26,971 bases of DNA. It comes from an uncultured Flavobacteriales bacterium. GTDB lineage: Bacteria; Bacteroidota; Bacteroidia; Flavobacteriales_D; Sanyastnellaceae. A program made the position numbers and the translations under genes. The stretch lies in NCBI GenBank assembly GCA_937890245.1, contig CALACF010000427.1, positions 1 to 26,971 of the forward strand, written 5' to 3'. Below the pieces are notes generated by a model. It saw only the letters and a program-made list of their open reading frames with translations. It ran no database searches and was not told the origin of the DNA. This document shows, piece after piece, positions 24,103 to 26,971 of the stretch; position 1 is the first letter of the stretch; each line of letters starts with the position of its first letter.

Positions 24103-26175
24103 TCAGCTGATTGCGTCGCCAGGAAGCGCGCCCTCATCGGGCGTCACAAACCGCAGGCCGCCGTCTTCTGTACTGGCCATCAGCACCATGCCCTGTGACA
24201 TCACGCCGCGGATTTTTCGCGGTGCGAGGTTGACGAGCAAGGTGACCTGGCGGCCCACCACATCCTCTGGCTTGAAGTGCTCGGCGATGCCGCTGACCAC
24301 CGTGCGCTCGTCAAGTCCTGTGCGAACCGTAAGCTTCAAGAGCTTGTCGGCGCCCTTTACTTTCTCTGCTGCGGTCACTTCTGCAACGCGCAAATCCATC
24401 GACTGGAACTGATCAAAGGACGTCTCCACCTTCTGGGCTGGCACCTCGCGCAGGCCAGCTTCCTCAGCAGATGGGCCGAGCAATGCAACTTGCTCCTCGA
24501 CGAGCTCTGGCGTGATTTTCTCGAACAAAATAGGCAGCTTGCCCAAGGCTGTTCCCGGGGCAACCAAGTTGCCGCCAGCATCATCCCAGGTCTTTGCCTC
24601 AGTCCCCAAGGCTCCGCTGAGCTTGGCGGACAGGTCTGGCATGAAGGGCTCGAGCAATACGGCAGCCGTAGCCGTCACCTGCAGCGCGAGATTCAAAATC
24701 GTGCGCACGCGGTCGGGGTCAGTCTTAAACACCTTCCAAGGCTCCTCTTCGGTGAGGTACTTGTTTCCTGCGCGCACCAGCCCCATCGCCTCTTGCAGGG
24801 CCTCGCGAAAACGGTAGCGTTCGATGGCCGTTGAGACCGCCTCGGGCGCAGCATTGATATGGGCGAGAAGCGCATCGTCTACCGCAGTTAAATCAGTGGA
24901 AATGGCGGGCGCTTCGCTGTCAAAATACTTGGATGTCAACACGAGTACGCGGTTGACAAAATTGCCGAGCACGTCGGCAAGCTCGTTGTTGACACGTGCT
25001 TGAAAATCGTGCCACGTGAACTCCGCATCGCGCTGCTCAGGCATGATCGAAGCCAGAACGTAACGCATCTCATCGGCCCTCCCAGGGAACGCTTCCATGT
25101 AATCGTTTGCCCAAACCGCCCAATTCCTCGATGTCGAAATCTTTGCCCCCTCGAGGTTCATGAATTCGTTCGCCGGCACATTGTGCGGCAGCAAGTATCC
25201 GCCGTGTTCGCGCAGCAAAATTGGAAAGATGATACAGTGAAAAACGATGTTGTCCTTGCCGATGAAATGCACGAGTTGCGTGTCGGCGTCCTGCCAAAAC
25301 GGCTTCCAATCGCGCCCGGTTTTCTCCGCCCACTGCTGCGTTGCCGTGATGTATCCCAATGGAGCATCAAGCCATACGTACAAAACCTTCCCATCGCCAC
25401 CTTCCACTGGCACCTTTACGCCCCAATCGAGGTCGCGCGTCATGGCGCGGCTCTGCAGACCGCCGTCAATCCAACTGCGGCATTGACCTTTCACATGGGC
25501 TTTCCACGCTTTTGCATCGTGGTGCTGCTCGCCGTCAAGGATGCCATTTTCGATGTAATCCCGAAGCCACTCCTCATGCCGGCCCATCGGTAAATACCAA
25601 TGCGACGTCTCTTTCAGCACGGGCTTTTCGCCACTAAGTGTACTGGTCGGATCGATGAGCTCATCTGGAGAAAGTGCCGACCCGCAGGCCTCGCATTGGT
25701 CGCCGTACGCTCCGTCGCTCTTGCATTTCGGACAGCCGCCCTTGATGTAACGATCGGCGAGAAACTGCTTTTCCTGTTCGTCAAAATATTGCTGACGGGT
25801 CTCGACTTCGAACGTGCCCTTGTCATTGAGCGTCTTGAAAAATTCCTGCGCAAATGCGTGATGATGTTGCGCTGAGGTGCGGTCGTAATGGTCGAAGTCT
25901 ATGCCAAGCCCAGCAAAGCCCGCCTGCATTTCTGCGTGATAACGGTCGACGATCTCGCTGGGGCTGCAGCCCTCTTTCCTTGCGCGAAGCGTAATGGCCG
26001 CGCCGTGCTCATCGCTTCCACAGACCCAGACGACGTCCCGGCCGCGCGCACGGAGGTACCGAACGTAAATATCGGCCGGCAGATAGGCGCCGGCGATGTG
26101 TCCCACATGGATCGGTCCGTTGGCATACGGCAGGGCCGATGTGACCATGTAGCGGGCAGGGGTAGAATTGGCCAT
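24103..26175 (-). CDS. metG: Methionine--tRNA ligase with C-terminal tRNA-binding/dimerisation domain
   Basis: 690 aa. HIGH motif PYANGPIHVGH, zinc knuckle CPKC...QCEAC, KMSKS-like KISTS and a C-terminal OB domain (MDLRVAEV...NLAPRKIRGVMSQGM). Confidence 0.98.
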   Translation of the reverse strand: MANSTPARYMVTSALPYANGPIHVGHIAGAYLPADIYVRYLRARGRDVVWVCGSDEHGAAITLRARKEGCSPSEIVDRYHAEMQAGFAGLGIDFDHYDRTSAQHHHAFAQEFFKTLNDKGTFEVETRQQYFDEQEKQFLADRYIKGGCPKCKSDGAYGDQCEACGSALSPDELIDPTSTLSGEKPVLKETSHWYLPMGRHEEWLRDYIENGILDGEQHHDAKAWKAHVKGQCRSWIDGGLQSRAMTRDLDWGVKVPVEGGDGKVLYVWLDAPLGYITATQQWAEKTGRDWKPFWQDADTQLVHFIGKDNIVFHCIIFPILLREHGGYLLPHNVPANEFMNLEGAKISTSRNWAVWANDYMEAFPGRADEMRYVLASIMPEQRDAEFTWHDFQARVNNELADVLGNFVNRVLVLTSKYFDSEAPAISTDLTAVDDALLAHINAAPEAVSTAIERYRFREALQEAMGLVRAGNKYLTEEEPWKVFKTDPDRVRTILNLALQVTATAAVLLEPFMPDLSAKLSGALGTEAKTWDDAGGNLVAPGTALGKLPILFEKITPELVEEQVALLGPSAEEAGLREVPAQKVETSFDQFQSMDLRVAEVTAAEKVKGADKLLKLTVRTGLDERTVVSGIAEHFKPEDVVGRQVTLLVNLAPRKIRGVMSQGMVLMASTEDGGLRFVTPDEGALPGDAIS

Positions 26176-26176
26176 G

Positions 26177-26199
26177 ATGAAAGACAGGAATGAAAGACA
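26177..26199. repeat. 10-bp direct repeat ATGAAAGACA x2 immediately upstream of metG
   Basis: Exact copies at 26177-26186 and 26190-26199. Confidence 0.8.
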
Positions 26200-26215
26200 A
26201 GCTTCTTTGAGGCCG

Positions 26216-26240
26216 CGAATTTAGCCCCGAAGTATCTTGC
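26216..26240. promoter_or_regulatory. Back-to-back divergent -7 promoter-like elements for metG and kbl
   Basis: Minus strand TAAATTCG at 26216-26223 (40 nt before the metG ATG). Plus strand TATCTTGC at 26233-26240, followed by ggcc-ATG of kbl. Confidence 0.55.
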
Positions 26241-26244
26241 GGCC

Positions 26245-26971
26245 ATGTACGGAAAACTCAAGTCTCACCTCGCCGACGAACTCGCACAGATCAAGGCGGC
26301 CGGCTTATTCAAAAGTGAACGCGTAATTGCCTCGGAACAGGGCGCAGAAATCACGCTCGACGACGGGTCCAAGGTGCTGAATTTCTGTGCAAATAACTAC
26401 CTTGGCTTGTCCTCACATCCACGGGTGGTAGAGGCCGCCAAGCGCGCCATTGACGAGCGCGGCTACGGCATGTCTTCCGTGCGATTTATTTGCGGGACCC
26501 AGGATATCCACAAGGAGCTCGAGCAGTGCATCTCCGACTTTCACCACACCGACGACACGATCTTGTATGCTGCGGCCTTTGACGCAAACGGCGGGGTTTT
26601 CGAGCCCCTGCTCGGCAAGGAAGATGCGATCATCTCCGATGCGCTCAACCACGCCTCCATCATCGATGGAGTTCGGCTGTGTAAAGCGGCACGCTACCGC
26701 TTCAAAAACAACGACATGGCCGATTTGGAGCTGCAGCTTCAGGCCGCCTGCGCGGCGGGTGCGCGCTTTAAAATCATCGTCACCGACGGCGTGTTTTCCA
26801 TGGACGGCTACGTCGCCCAGATCGGCGCCATCTGTGACTTGGCAGACAAATATGACGCACTCGTCATGGTCGACGAATGCCACGCCACGGGCTTTATCGG
26901 AGCGACGGGCCGCGGCTCAGTTGAACTCGGCGAGGCCCTGGGCCGCGTCGATATCATCACTGGCACCTTGG
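26245..26971 (+). CDS. kbl: Glycine C-acetyltransferase (2-amino-3-ketobutyrate CoA ligase), truncated by the right window edge
   Basis: Missing from the ORF track because it has no stop in the window. Hand translation: [13 protein letters not shown]...GLFKSERVI...[16 protein letters not shown]...[21 protein letters not shown]...[12 protein letters not shown]...TDGVFSMDG...VDECHATGF...IITGTL. Confidence 0.95.
   Translation, partial: MYGKLKSHLADELAQIKAAGLFKSERVIASEQGAEITLDDGSKVLNFCANNYLGLSSHPRVVEAAKRAIDERGYGMSSVRFICGTQDIHKELEQCISDFHHTDDTILYAAAFDANGGVFEPLLGKEDAIISDALNHASIIDGVRLCKAARYRFKNNDMADLELQLQAACAAGARFKIIVTDGVFSMDGYVAQIGAICDLADKYDALVMVDECHATGFIGATGRGSVELGEALGRVDIITGTL

Noticed and set aside
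24074-24112. CAGC/GCTG symmetry between the convergent receptor and metG stops as a terminator or REP-like element
   Set aside because: Stems are 4-5 bp, there is no U-tract, and no other copy occurs in the window.
26245-26971. Alternative call as serine palmitoyltransferase or 8-amino-7-oxononanoate synthase
   Set aside because: [11 protein letters not shown] and [19 protein letters not shown] are characteristic of Kbl within this PLP family.
1-26971. Mobile elements, prophage, CRISPR arrays, tRNA/rRNA, defence or toxin-antitoxin systems
   Set aside because: I saw no transposase, integrase, nuclease or cas motifs and no spaced repeats. Intergenic gaps are all under about 135 bp and composition looks uniform.

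Overview
This is a GC-rich, core-genome window from a Bacteroidota bacterium. The evidence is TAnnTTTG-type -7 promoter motifs, no evident Shine-Dalgarno sites, T9SS-type cargo proteins and Bacteroidota DUFs. It is probably Flavobacteriales, but that finer placement is inference. Genes from left to right: polA (-, runs off the left end), a DUF2480-like protein, dxs, purQ, a secreted SprB-repeat/PKD protein with a probable T9SS C-terminal domain, a DUF6427-like membrane protein, a 55-aa membrane ORF (+), purD, a GT2-GT9 glycosyltransferase fusion (+), a tightly coupled minus-strand operon (DUF4271-like, hemD, rnpA, S41 protease, O-antigen ligase), a triple lamin-tail-domain secreted protein, asd (+, split by a 1-nt frameshift), a stand-alone TonB-dependent receptor (+), metG (-) and kbl (+, runs off the right end). 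I found no mobile element, CRISPR array, tRNA, rRNA or defence system, and I cannot support a wholly new multi-gene system. The signals most worth following up are: (i) a Pol I that has lost all 3'-5' exonuclease catalytic residues and carries a long Ala/Pro linker with a clamp-binding-like QIDMF motif; (ii) -7 promoter motifs exactly 4 nt before the start codon of four genes, suggesting frequent leaderless mRNAs; (iii) rnpA apparently starting at a CTG that overlaps the hemD stop (CTGA); (iv) the GT2-GT9 fusion; (v) the asd frameshift. All family assignments come from motif recognition by eye; no database search was run.
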